The notes under the pieces were generated by a model that was not told the origin of the DNA, made no database searches, and worked only from the letters and a program-made list of their open reading frames with translations. DNA of 64,000 bases from Paecilomyces variotii (lineage: Eukaryota), in assembly GCA_004022145.1 (NCBI GenBank), contig RCNU01000012.1; one strand, given 5' to 3'. The number at the start of each line of letters is the position of its first letter. Position 1 is the first letter of the stretch. Position numbers and translations under genes: made by a program. This document shows positions 13,597 through 26,148 of the stretch, one piece after another.

Positions 13597-14011
13597 TATC
13601 TAAATTAAATTAGCTTATATTAATATAATTAATTAAGATAACTTACCCCTAGAATAGGAAGCTCTAGAAACCAATAAAAAAATAACTAATTTCTTAAGTT
13701 TAATAAACTGCTATACTATTAGTACTATTATAATCTTAAAAATATATCTAGATCTTTATTTAAATATATTTAGGACTAGGAGCTATATATAGTAAAAGGT
13801 AGAAAGATAGTTGCTAGGGGTTAGAATTCTAATCTTATAATATTATATAAATAACACTCTTAGTTTATATAACTTCTTAACTCTTTACTGTGAAGATAAT
13901 AAGAAGCTCCTTTATTTATTATACTATAAACCTCTATGAAGCTATACTCTATATTTAATATAATAATTTTACAACAGCTCGGGGATAAGCCTTTAAAAAG
14001 GGGGAGAATAC

Positions 14012-14443
14012 TATTATGCCTCTAGCCCCCCGTTAAGATATAAGCTTACAAGACTATAGTAAAGCCCTAAATCTAAATATAATGCTGAGGTAATTAATTA
14101 AACCCCGCTCTCCCTGCTTTTAGGATTTATATAAGATAAAGCTAGGAAGTGCTTAAGATTTAGAATATAAACAGGCTCTAAATTATTATCTTATTAAAAG
14201 CCAGCGATCTATTCTAATATAATATATACCCTATTATTTCCTTACTTATATAGACTCTTTATTACTAGAACCCTTTAGTATAGACCCTTCTTTATACCGG
14301 TTAAACCCTTTGTTATAATAGTTAACCCTTTATTTTACTGGTAGACCCTTCTCTAAGCTAAGTATATAAAGCTGCTACCCCTCTCGCTATAATTACTGGC
14401 AAAGTAATTTATCAGCAACCCCTAGGAACCCCTGTTCCTTACA
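14012..14443 (+). repeat. 3' LTR of inner element
   Basis: Preceded by the PPT, ends TTACA and is followed by TSD CTAGA. Confidence 0.95.
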
Positions 14444-17400
14444 CTAGATATAACAGCACTTATAGCTACTTACTCTCTATATAAAATAAGTTATTAGCTA
14501 GTCTTAAAAGAAATATCCTAAGGCTATACTAAGATACTATACTGGTAGAATTTGTTAAATCCCTAGATAAATCCTATATAGTCTAAGAACAATAGACAAA
14601 TAAAAACAGATAGTATTTAAACTGTACTAATATATATAATAATACCTAGTTTTTTTTAACTCTCTCTTAACCCGCCCTAGATTATAATTAACCTAGAGTA
14701 TATATTAACACTAGACAGGCAAGAGATAGAGGATTTATATATAACTAAGAATATAGAGATAACTGTAAATATAGAAATAATTATAAATATAGAAATAATA
14801 AAGAACATAGAGATAATTACGACTAAAAATGCAATATTATATCTTACTCCAGGAATAATATTAGAAATAATAACTATATATCTAATAACTAAAAGTATTG
14901 CTATAACTTATACTATCTATAGAAGAGCTAAGGATAGGCTATTTACTAGTATAACTTATATTATCTAAGAAATAATTAAGGATAGCACTCTAACTATTAC
15001 TAGGATAAGCCCTATTACTTAGAGCCTCGCGCCTACTATAATAGTCTTAAGGACTTACTAGACTATGCTAATAATAATTATATAAAAAGATTCTATAAGG
15101 GCCTTAACTATACTAAAAAGTAAGCAGCTATAAATTATTATAAAGATTATAATAATAAACATTATAAATATAATAGAGAATTTAAGGATAAGCTTACTAT
15201 TTATTATCTTACTATAATATTTACCTTTTAATACTAATTATATTATATACTATTTATATTAAATAACTAGCTCTACCGCTATTTATATAATATAAACTAT
15301 AAGTATTAAGAGGAGCTTACTACGCCCTAATCGGATATATAATACTAGGATAAAATTATTAATACTAATTATATTAAAATTATTAAAACTAAATTACTAT
15401 CCTTACCTTAGTAGTAGCCTAGAAGAATATTTTAAGATTAGTATTATACTATAGCAAGTGTTAATTTAAATAATGCTAAGAAGTAATTTATATACCTTAA
15501 CTGCAGATATACTATAACACTTATTAATTAAGACTTTATATATTATTATATCCCTAAATTAAAGACTATTAGTATTCCTTTAATTATAGTAAAAGGTATA
15601 GGATTTATAATATATATATTTACTAAATATACTACTATCTCTATTAATTTTATTGCGCAATACTATAATAAATCTGTGTGTATATAAATTGCTATTAAAG
15701 TGCACCTAGTTAATAAACTATACGCTAATATATTTATTAGAGTTAATATACTAAGATAATATAAATTTATCTTAGACTTCTCTAAAGCTATTATAATATT
15801 TAATAATATAATAATTTAAATATCTATTTAAGTAAAGGCAAATAAGTATTAAACATTATATTTAGTATATATAGTATAATGCGTAATAATACTTCTATAA
15901 AGCAGCCTTTATATTTCTATTAAGCTTACTAAGGAAAATTAATTTCTTAGTAATAGAGATTATTTTTTTAAGCTATTTTACTTAAAGGTAAGCCTATATA
16001 CCTATATAGTAAATGTTAACTTCTTTTTTATTTATATCTTTAATACTAGCAATTATAAATAGGCGATATTGTAAAAGACTTAGTTAGGTATACTTACTAA
16101 GTTTAAAGATACTAATATATTATATATCTTCTCCTTAGTATCTGCTTTAGCTAAATATCTCTAAGATTAACGGTAATCCTAAAGAGTTATTGTTTGTAAA
16201 TACTTTAATCTTAAATATAAGCTTAATAATAATATTACTATATATAGAGAACTAGAAGTATTATATTAATTTAAAGATCTTATTAGATCCTATAACATAT
16301 AGTCTAATTATAGGTTTATTAATATACCTAAGGACTAATAGCTAATAATTCCTCTAAAAGAAGGTTAGGAATTAAGCATATTTAAATATATAAAGGTCTA
16401 TCTCCTAGGGCCTAAAGACTATAAAGTTATTAATAAGACCTTTAATAAGCTTTATAAGTAAAGATAAATAGAATATACTATAATATATACTCTTAATAGC
16501 TATCCTGTCTTTATAATATAGAGAAATATTAAATATAATGGTTAAATAATATAGAAAGGTTAAGTAGTTATTAATATCTATAGGCTGAACTGTATAGTTA
16601 AGCTAAATATATATCCTATCCCTATATAGAATAATATGCTCGTATTAGTTAATAGTAAAGTATATATCTTAATATTTAATGCTATATTATTTTTCTATTA
16701 ATAGTATATGTATCTAGACTATTATAACTGCTTATTAGTTATCTCTTATTGCAGTTAAGAGGTATTTAATATTGCTATTATAAGATTTTATAATACCCCT
16801 ACCTATATATAATAATAAATAGAGTATTATTTAAAGATATTCTGTTGCTTTACTAGGGTATATATAGATAATCTTTTTATTATATTAAATATTATAGATA
16901 AATATAAAGAATACTTAGATACAGTATTCTCTAAGCTTAATAAGCTAAATATTATATTAAACCCGGATAAGTTATTTATAGCTTTCTTATTAATTTAGCT
17001 ATTAGGCTACTATATTAACTCCTTTAGATTTAGCACCCTAGAAGAAAAGATTAAGGCTATTATTAAATTAACCTTCTTTAAAAATCTTTAGCAGCTTAAG
17101 CACTACTTAAATATTATTAGGTAGTTTTAATAGTATATCCCTAATTATACTATAATATCTGGCCCCCTTTAAGAAAGGAAGAAGCTTTTATTATAGAACA
17201 GTCCTACTAGCAGTTAAGTATATATATCTTATATTAAATAAATAGAATTAATTCTATTACTAGTAAAATTATAGTTATTCTAATAGCTTTAAGAATACTT
17301 TAAATAGCCTTCTTTTCTTATATACTTTACTAATATATACTAGCTCTATATTAATCTAGATACTTATAAAGAAGAATTTAGCGCTATATTATATTATATC

Positions 17401-19692
17401 TATAATAAAGATAAAGCTATAAAAGATAATAGATATCTTTTAATATAGGCTCCCCTTATTAAAGCTATATTAAATTAGTTATATATATAACTAATAATAT
17501 TCCTTAGTTAATAGCTAAATATAGTAAAAAGAAACTACTAGCCTATAAAAATAGAAGTTATATATTTTATTTAAGTTTTTTAAAAAATGTGCTATATTAT
17601 TAAATTAGCGCCAGACTCTTTACCCCTAATTATATTTACTAATTATAGTTTAACTCTTATAATAGTAAAACAGATAACTTTATGCTTAATATCTATAAAC
17701 TAGCTTAATCTTTATTTAATCCTCGCCTTATAATATATGCAAAAGTTTAATATTTAGCTTATTTATAAGCCTGGCGCTGCTAATATTATTGCTAATATAT
17801 TATTGCATTTACTATTTCTAATAATAGAGCCTAATACCTTAATACTTAAAGATGTCAACTATATTTCTTTTACCTATATAGGGGAAGAGAAGAAATAAGA
17901 GCCTATTTATATAATAACCCTAGTTTAAATATAGGAAGAATTTAAGAATAAGATCTTTTAAGGCTATATTATAAATCTATATTAATCCTGCGTGCTAATA
18001 GTATTTAGCTTTAATAAGGCCTTTAGTAATAATGCTGTAAGACTACTGTATTTAAAGCAAGATAGTCTTCTATATATAAAAGACTATAATAGCTAAAAGA
18101 GGCTATATATACCTTATATAGTATTGCTAGAAGTCCTCCGGCTTACCTATAATAATGCCGGGCATTTAGATATTAAGCAAATTCTAAGATATCTAGATAG
18201 TCTAGCTATATACTGCTGCTTAAAAAATATATATATATATATTAAGTACTACCCTTAATATTTATTAAATAAGATATAGTAATATAAGTTATAGGGCTTA
18301 CTTTAGCCTATAATAAGCCCGGCTATTCTATTTTATATAATAATAGTTAATTTTATTCTAGGACTCTTAAATACTAATAGTAAAGACTATTATATATTTA
18401 TAATATATAAGTTTATTAAAAGAGTAATTTTTATTCTTAGTATAGTAATATAGATTACCGCATACTAGGTATAGGTATTATTAAAGTAACTCTGTTTTAA
18501 AGACTAAGAAATCTTATATTGTATAATTTTTAATTAAAATAGAAAATTTCTTTCTTAGTTATAGCATTTACTATTTAAAAAGCTTAATATAAAGCTGTTA
18601 TTTTCTATTATATATTACTTATAAATTAATAAGCAATTTAAGTAATCTAATTAAATAGCAGAATACGCTCTATACTACTTCTTTATATTTCTTAAAGACC
18701 CTATAGTATAGCTATTAGCTCTACCTTAGCTTTAGAAAGTATTAAATTCTATTCCTTCTGCGATTATTAAGTACTCCGCTTATAAACTTTACTATAATAT
18801 TGCTTTAAATATATTAGCTATATTACTTAATTTATATTATACTATATATTAGAGCTTTACTATATATATTAATATATATAAAGCAATTGCTCTTATTATT
18901 ATTAAAGCTAAACGCTAATATAACTATAAGTATACTCTAATATACTTCGCCCCAGACAATAAGGTTCTTGTTAGACTATACCGCAGTTATATCCTACTAT
19001 CTATTAAAAAGCTTAAACCTAAACTTTCTCAGCAATTTGCTAGCCTATTTAAAGTCCTTAAATATATAAGTTGCCTAGTATATAAGCTTAAGCTTCCTAA
19101 GATATAGAATATCTATAATATATTCTCAGTATTGCATTTAGAACCTTATCTATAAACTAATCCCTTTTATTGCCTGCAACTTAAAAATATAAAATACCCT
19201 AAGTTTATAAATAACAATAGCTTTTAGTATTTTAAGATTAATATATTTTTTAATTATTGTCTTACCAGGCGCAGCTATAATAAACCCGAGAGAAAATATC
19301 TTATATATTAGAAAGGTATAGGACCTAAATATAATATCTAGTACTCTTATTGCGAACTTCTTCTTGGCGCTATAGAGCTTATTACTAAATATAATGCGCA
19401 GTATTCTTTATTATTAGAAGAAGTCTCTCTATCTCCTAAATATTACTATAAATAACCTAGGAAAGACTAGGGCCTATCTAACTAGCCCATAAAAAAAAGG
19501 AAGAAAAAAAGGCCTTATAAGATATAGGACTAGACTTTACTTTTCTTTTCTTTACTTTATTATCTTACCTTATCTTTCTATATTACTACTGCTTACTTTT
19601 ATCTTACTACTATTTATATCTATTAAGAATACTAAGTATATCTGCATATTTCCTATTATTTTATCGGATATTTATAACTGCTTTCTTATATT

Positions 19693-20781
19693 ATAGCATT
19701 TATATTATTCAGAATTAAGCAATTTATAGCTAAATTTCGCAAATTCTGTATTAAGCATGCCCTTAGCTATTATTATGCTATTCTGACCTAATAAGCCCTA
19801 GGTTAAAATAAGCCGGACAGACTTCGACAGCTTTATTAAAAAAAAGATTAAAACATTATTATTATAGTTAAAGTTATTTTAAAAAGGGGTTTTCCTTTAT
19901 CGGCCCTCAATATAACTAATCTATATATTTCTAAGGGTGTACTAAAGAATAATAAGCTAAAACAGGCTATTTAGGCCTATAAGGGAAGAATAAACTATAT
20001 TCTTAATATTCTTATTATTGCGCAATAACTCTTGCTACTAAATAAATTAAATATAGCTACTATAAAGACCTAGGTAATAGATAAAAGTAACAATAATAAA
20101 TTTATCTAAATACTATTATAAATAGTAATACCTCTAGTAATACTAATTAATCTATAACTAATATTAAACAACTATGCCGTAAGCTTGCCTAGCTATTAAA
20201 ATAATAAGAATAATATTATTCTATTATTAAAGCGATTCTATTTCCTTATTTTATATTTATACTTTATTATTAACTATAATATAAAGAATATTAATGCCCC
20301 TACGCTACTATGGCCAGTCCTATATAAACCTTAATACCTCCTTATATATCTAGTTAGTATATTGTACAATACTTATGCTAATAATCCTATAAAGGATAGT
20401 ATAATTAAACAGGGTATTAATACCTATATATAGCCTCGGGTTATAAAAACAAATAAATAGAACGGCTATAATATCTAATATATAGATAAAAACGGGCTTA
20501 TTATTAAGGAGAATTTTATTGTCTTTTATATATTATATATTAATTATAAATAATACCTCCGTATAGCTGAAGAGCGATTCTCTATATATATTAACTATCT
20601 TTATCTTCTACAAAATGTTTATAAGGTTAATCTAGCTATATAGATGCTATAATAATAATAATAGGAATAAGACCTATTACGCGCTAATATAACTAACCTA
20701 TCTATAATATAGCCTAATAGGACAGACCCTACTCTCTCGCAGCACTACAGCAGAGAGAATATATTACTTTCTATTAAATAA
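19693..20781 (+). pseudogene. Extra sense-strand ORF (about 360 codons) of the outer element between the chromodomain and the PPT; RIP-degraded, function unknown
   Basis: A single frame keeps coding-like codon patterns. All stops are TAA/TAG, including the run TAA TAA TAA TAA TAG GAA TAA, which reverts to a polyQ tract. Confidence 0.5.
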
Positions 20782-20870
20782 GATAGGTATTTCAAGATAT
20801 TATTATATAACAATATTTACGCATTTATATAGCAGTGAGGACATTATATTCTTTTTAAACTAGGGGGATA

Positions 20871-21009
20871 TGTTACAGAATCAGCAGGTATAGCCCGGGT
20901 ATATTAATATATCACGTGTAGCTAGCATATATTAGCTATTCCCCTTCATAAGAATAGACAATCATCTTTCATCTCCCAATTTCATCCGAATTATCAGGAT
21001 TCGTCAACA
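20871..21009 (+). repeat. 3' LTR of outer element
   Basis: TGTTAC..TCAACA followed by TSD TTAAG. Confidence 0.95.
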
Positions 21010-21831
21010 TTAAGCAACAGCTTTACTTCACCCATCCCTATTATCAAAAAAAAAAAATAAATAAAAAATCAATACATAATATTCTGCAAAAAATCTATCA
21101 TTCTCAACCTCCCATTCCCAGAAGAAGAAAACAACTCATGCGCTGCCTATGCGTATGCAGATGTTTAGTTCCCCGCTTCTGGTCATTCCACCGCAGCGGA
21201 CGATCCTCCATTGATACCAGTAGCGGATCACCAGACGATACACCGCGCGCGGAACGTCCACGATCAGATCATCAGTATGAGAATCGTCGCGGACGGAGAT
21301 ATAATAAGCGCAGACATGCTAGTATGAACATCTGAATTGGTAATAGGCAGGTATGGGTGTGGATTTGCTTCTGTCATACAATGTAGGGTTTGATTGAGAT
21401 GTAAGAGGCTAAAACTGTCGGTAGAGCAGAGGGTCGGACTCGTTCTTGAGTTATCGGAATATTGTGATTCGGCTTGGTGTATGTGTACTCATAGTCCTTG
21501 ATGGGTTGGGGTTAGTTTCGGTTGGTGCATGATGTATCTATCCTACTAGAAAGGGATAAAACTAACAGTGTACAGTGTCCGAGAGGTCTATTGTATATGC
21601 GATAAAGCTTTCCAGGCTGGACGTGACATTTCCACATCGAAATATGAGAAAGCCTGCTTGAAGAATGTCCAGGAGTGTAGCAGCTTTTCGGGTTATTCTG
21701 CAGAAGCACGAGTTGAGATAAACGCTAGCGCCAGGATTTCTTTGATGAAGCAATATTAGTTCTGATTATCTGATCCTTTCGTAAACAGTATAGTATAAAA
21801 CCAAGCTTCCCCATCAAATACACCCTCAATA

Positions 21832-23146
21832 TTAACCCCTTACTTTGAACTTGTACTGATCCTTCCTATCCAAATAAACAACCTTATCGCCTAACCCCGC
21901 CTCTTCCATCGCCTTTTTGAAATCTTCCAACGGACTCGCGAACACATTGTAATCATCATAGTGGATCGGGATCGTCAGATCCGGCTTGATGAGCTGAACC
22001 AGCTCCAGTCCCTGCTTCGCGTCCATCGTAACCATAACAGCCATCGGCAACATCGCGGGACTGGGAACGGTAGTACCCCCAAGATGAATCAGCATCAGAT
22101 CGATCTTCTCTCCTGCGAATCGTTTCGGAATCTCCTTCAATTCGTCGACCATGAGAGTATCCCCCGAGATGTAAATTCTGTATCCGGTTTCAAAGTCCGG
22201 GTTCGTAGCGCCTGGTTGGCCGTAGCCTAGCTCGACCATCCAGCCGTTCGTCGGAGGGATCTGTTATCGATGGATCTCAGCTATATCTGACCACGCCAGC
22301 GATAGATTCGCAAAATGATCATGATGATACTTACTGCCTGAGCAATATCGTTCAGAGTCTGCAAGAGCTTAGTCGGAACATGCTTCCCCGGCATGGCCGT
22401 GACTCTAATTCGAGGATGTTGCTTTCCTTCATTGTTAATATCAATCAACATTTGCTGGAAGACATCAAGCTCAAAGACATCCGTAAAAGAGTCCTCGGGG
22501 CCCTTTGATGTCAAGTGTGACTTTGCATGTGGTGTGGTGATGATTGGTAAATCACGCCTGAGCGAAGCTTCGACTTTTTGGTCGAAATGGTCCCTTTCAG
22601 TGTCCGATATGCATACATTAGTTTGATGATCTTACAGCGAAGATTAAGTGGTTAGAAAAAAAGGGGAGAATGGGAAATATGAAACTACCCATGATAATGC
22701 GACAGCAAAACTACATCAACTCGTGGTAAATCATGCAGGTCTACTGCAGGATTGGTCTTTCTAGTAGCAGAGACTCCGGGACCGAGGTGAACATGATCGC
22801 CTGCGTGGAGAAAATTCGGCTAATATGGTACTGGTCAGTCAATTGAGACCAATGTCTAAAAGATATCGTTAGAAAGCTAACATCTGTCATCAAGCGAATG
22901 CCTTCCCATTCCCTAACAGAGAGATTAGCTGTCCGAATGGTTAATATTGGCTTGTATATGTGGGCATTCTAACAGGATTGTTGTCGCCGTCCCGACAAAG
23001 TAGAGAGAAGCATTCTCGCCGCCAGACTTGGACGGGTGGGCCTTGATTTCCTTTGCGTCTGGCAGTTCCGATGGTACAATTGTCGAGGATGGGAGGTCCC
23101 GTGTTGGGGCCTTCGTTGATCTCGGATCAATGGTCAGGTGTTGCAT
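21832..23146 (-). CDS. Metallo-beta-lactamase-fold Zn-dependent hydrolase (UlaG-like), multi-exon
   Basis: Spliced exons read FVGTATTIL / GIRLMTD / PNFLHAGDHVHLGPG..LLSHYHG / DHFD (HxHxDH-type motif) ..GKH..YISGDT..IPIHYDDY. ATG at 23146. Confidence 0.85.
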
Positions 23147-23859
23147 TTTCGAGATGAGCTGCGAGAATTGACGTAAGCAGCAGTTATGTTTAACTTCTGT
23201 TAGAAATAGGATGGCAATGTACTCTAATGGATCGTACGCTTGACAGCTCAATAATCGTGGTATCCTGAGTATCAAGAGTTCAAATAATTACTGACTCTGG
23301 GTTTGCTGAGCTTGGTGGTTTAGATGCACCACGGACTCCGTGTACGTGACGTCATTCTGCCAGTGCCGTGACAAGAATATCAGACAAAAAAAAAGCAATC
23401 ATTGTAAAGTGGCTAGTGTGAATAGAACCCAGAGTACCACTTGAAGAACTTATTCGTGGGTTGCTTTGGACGAGTTGGGACGCTCGATGAAAGAAGCAGC
23501 AGCGCGATTGGACCCCACTCACTGGGAACAGAGAGCTCCCTATCTGATTAATTGAGTAGTTCAGGACTGGCTTTTATTATGATTAGCACTAAAGAGTAAC
23601 TATGTAACTGAGAAGAGACACTGAAAGTCGGCATTCCCCGTCTAGTATGCTGCCAAACGCCACATGCAAATATCAATGTCTTCAGATGGGTCAATGCAGT
23701 GTAGGACATCGAAAGAAAAGAGACACGAAAGACTTTTGATCAGCACCACTCCTTTGTCCCATCACTAGATGAGTAGGGTATCTAGTCAACGCCAAACTCC
23801 AACGATGCAAATTAAGACGAATTGGGCCTTCAGCAAGCGAACAGCGAAAGCTAGTCGGT

Positions 23860-25175
23860 TCAATGAACCAGGCCGCAGTTTGTCTCACTGATCATTTTCA
23901 CGATGCCCTCCACTTCTTTCCAGATTCGCTCCCGATTCCGCAAACCCAGGACATTTTTCTTCCAGTCAAGTTTCAATTTGGCGTAAAGTTGAGACCAGTC
24001 CGTTTGTTGTGAATCGAGATCATCAAATTCCCAGAAATATGGCATCTCGGTGCGGATGAGATGCTTGAAGAGAATGTCCGGAAGGCAACGATATGACCGC
24101 GTAGCAAGTCGTAAATTTGCAATATCACCGGGGGAGAGATACCACATGATCTCGCTGAGAAGCTCGTTGGGAAGCTTGCTGAAGATGTCTGGTTTCGGGC
24201 TTTCCACTTCAGGATCCTGCTGCGGGCTTGACTCTGGCGACAATTGGCCGTTTCCTTCCACAGTAGGTTCGTCTGCACAACTCTTCACGAGTTCTTCAAA
24301 TCCGGGGATATTCACCGGATTCGCCGCCAAGTACTTCGCACGTCAGTGAGTGGAATGGAGAATAGAAGAGGTTGCGTCTGACAAACCTCAGTGCCGGGCT
24401 TGTAGTGCCAACCCTCATCCTCGAATGCGTACTGACGCACCGAAAGAGCGCGCCGAGTTCCAGCTGCTGAATACTCGTATGATCCTCGTAGCTTTCTAGA
24501 CGTCAATACGAGGCAGTTCTCAGCGTAGCCAAGTGGAAGCACTCACATCTCTTACCCTCCACAACCCATCGATATCGACGTATCCGAGCTTTGCCAAACA
24601 GACGCGTTTGAAGATCTCAAAGCATGTGGGATGAAAAGGCATACCCCATTCTCCACCAAAAGCGTCATTCTGCAGTAGTATGGTAATTAATATCCACTGC
24701 GGCCCGAGTGTCCGCATTGACTTACATCGTTAGTGATCTTCGCCTCTGTCACACCGTGCCTCGACGTCCGAAAAGGGCCGGATCGATATATGACCGGCCC
24801 TCTGTGAGCTGCAACGTCTGTCAGGAAACAAGTGGCATCTTTCTCAAAATCCTCGTCCCCGTCTTCTGGCGTAAAATCATCCGGTTTCCGAAGCAGACAT
24901 CGAAGGTTATCAACGCCCTGGTAAGGTCAGTCAAAAGACTATATGATATATATTCCTAGCATCACGTAATAACGCACCTTCATCTCGTCCGCAGAGATAA
25001 GAGAACCATCGTACCCTGCTCCTGGGCTGTGCAAGATACCATCGTGAGCATCTCCTGCTCCCTCATTGCCCAACATCTGCGCTTCTCGCTCCTGCGGGGT
25101 AGGTATCCGATTAACTCTGAAAGCGACGGCGCAGATCTGGCATCGTGGCTCGCAGTAACTGAGTTTATTCCCCAT
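23860..25175 (-). CDS. F-box domain protein (fungal family with an N-terminal CxxC and a C-terminal F-box), multi-exon
   Basis: Exons read CQICAVAF..GYDGSLISADEMK, PFHPTCFEIF, GWHYKPGTE/YLAANP, the F-box FSKLPNELLSEIMWYLSPGDIANLRLATR and the tail GLRNRERIW. Canonical introns lie between them. Confidence 0.75.
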
Positions 25176-26148
25176 CGTCCCTAACACCCGCGCTGGTAGC
25201 TTTCTTCTCTGAACCTTTCCCTCCGCTGTCTATACCTCTGCTTTGACGGCCGCGTTGCGAGTATGAGAGTCGCAAAGAAGCTCATAAGATCACCATACTT
25301 TCAGGGTGCTTGCAGAGCTATAGTCATATTATTTATTTCCGGGCTTAGTGCTTACGAGATATCAGATCCGCGTTCGTCTACAAATGCCCTGCATTGTTGC
25401 CCGATTATTTATCACCGTACATTCCAAGCCGGCAATCACTCGTTCATCGGCCCACTGCTGGGAGTTGCGGGCCGCAGTCATACGTGAGTGAATCTTGGCT
25501 CGAAGGGGACAAAGAGAATCAGCCCACGGATGTCTCACTCTTTTTTTCTTCTAAAGCGTCTATTTCCTTATATGCTTAGATTCAGTTGACGGGATCGACA
25601 AGCATGCCAGTCGATCTTTTTTCAAGAACCCAGTCAAAGAGGGCGAGTACTTACAGCCAGTTGGGGAAAGCGGGTCCGCTTGCGGCGACTCTTGAATCTA
25701 GGGCGCATTCAATGTTTTGATGCGATCTCTGCGCCACAAGGCACACCTATCTGGTCTCCGATTATCTTCTTCCGTCAGTGGAACATAATCAGCGGCTTAT
25801 CGTCGAGCCGCGTTGAGACCACGGTTTCTCTGAGTTTCTCTCATCCGCATCGTCTAGAGTATATTCACTATATCTCGAATTCTCCATGCCTTCTCCAAGA
25901 CATATACATACTCCTCCTGAATCTTTCTTGTGAATATATTTCATCCACCTTATAATTACTCCTTTCATCCATCTTTCTCTGCTAGTTCATGTACGCCACA
26001 CATAAATCATCCACAAATCCACAGCTCTGGAACCGGGACTCTACCCTTGCGTATCACCACCACCATCGAATGCCTCACTCAGCATTATTACCTATCCAAA
26101 AAAATCCCCACACTCTGTGCGACAGAGTACAACATCTGCATCAGAGCA

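Larger units (their letters stand above)
6923..14443 (+). mobile_element. Inner (nested) Ty3/Gypsy chromovirus LTR retrotransposon, 7.52 kb, RIP-inactivated
   Basis: 432-bp LTRs at 6923-7354 and 14012-14443, TSD CTAGA at 6918-6922 and 14444-14448, and PPT AAAAAGGGGGAGAA before 14012. Degenerate gag with zinc knuckle (about 8345-8395), protease ALINSG (about 8535), RT YLDNILI (about 9515), RNase H, integrase (about 10820-11450) and chromodomain (about 11910-12060). Confidence 0.95.
5909..19520 (+). pseudogene. gag-pol of outer element, RIP-degraded and split by the nested element at 6922/14444
   Basis: Motifs are recognisable despite many TAA/TAG stops: gag, protease, RT YIDN (from YxDD), RNase H, integrase HHCC/core and chromodomain (YLIY*KGIGP). 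End points are approximate. Confidence 0.8.
4822..21009 (+). mobile_element. Outer Ty3/Gypsy LTR retrotransposon, RIP-inactivated; about 8.66 kb once the nested element is removed
   Basis: 139-bp direct repeats at 4822-4960 and 20871-21009 (TG..CA), and a 5-bp TSD TTAAG at 4817-4821 and 21010-21014. PBS after the 5' LTR and a purine tract AGGGGGATA before the 3' LTR. Degenerate gag (LGYFY.NL, TYYRDIN.F at about 6510-6620), protease (about 15490), RT (YPVFII..VVINI.RLN at about 16500, YIDN at 16861), RNase H, integrase (about 18150-18700) and chromodomain (about 19230-19400). Order is PR-RT-RH-IN. Confidence 0.95.

Noticed and set aside
4822-21009. AT-rich island as a centromere, NUMT or horizontally acquired DNA
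   Set aside because: It is fully explained by two RIP-mutated LTR elements with exact LTR and TSD boundaries.
23347-23354. TGACGTCA (CRE-like) site upstream of the MBL gene; also TGACTCA at 48253-48259
   Set aside because: Single short motifs are expected by chance in 64 kb, and there is no supporting evidence.
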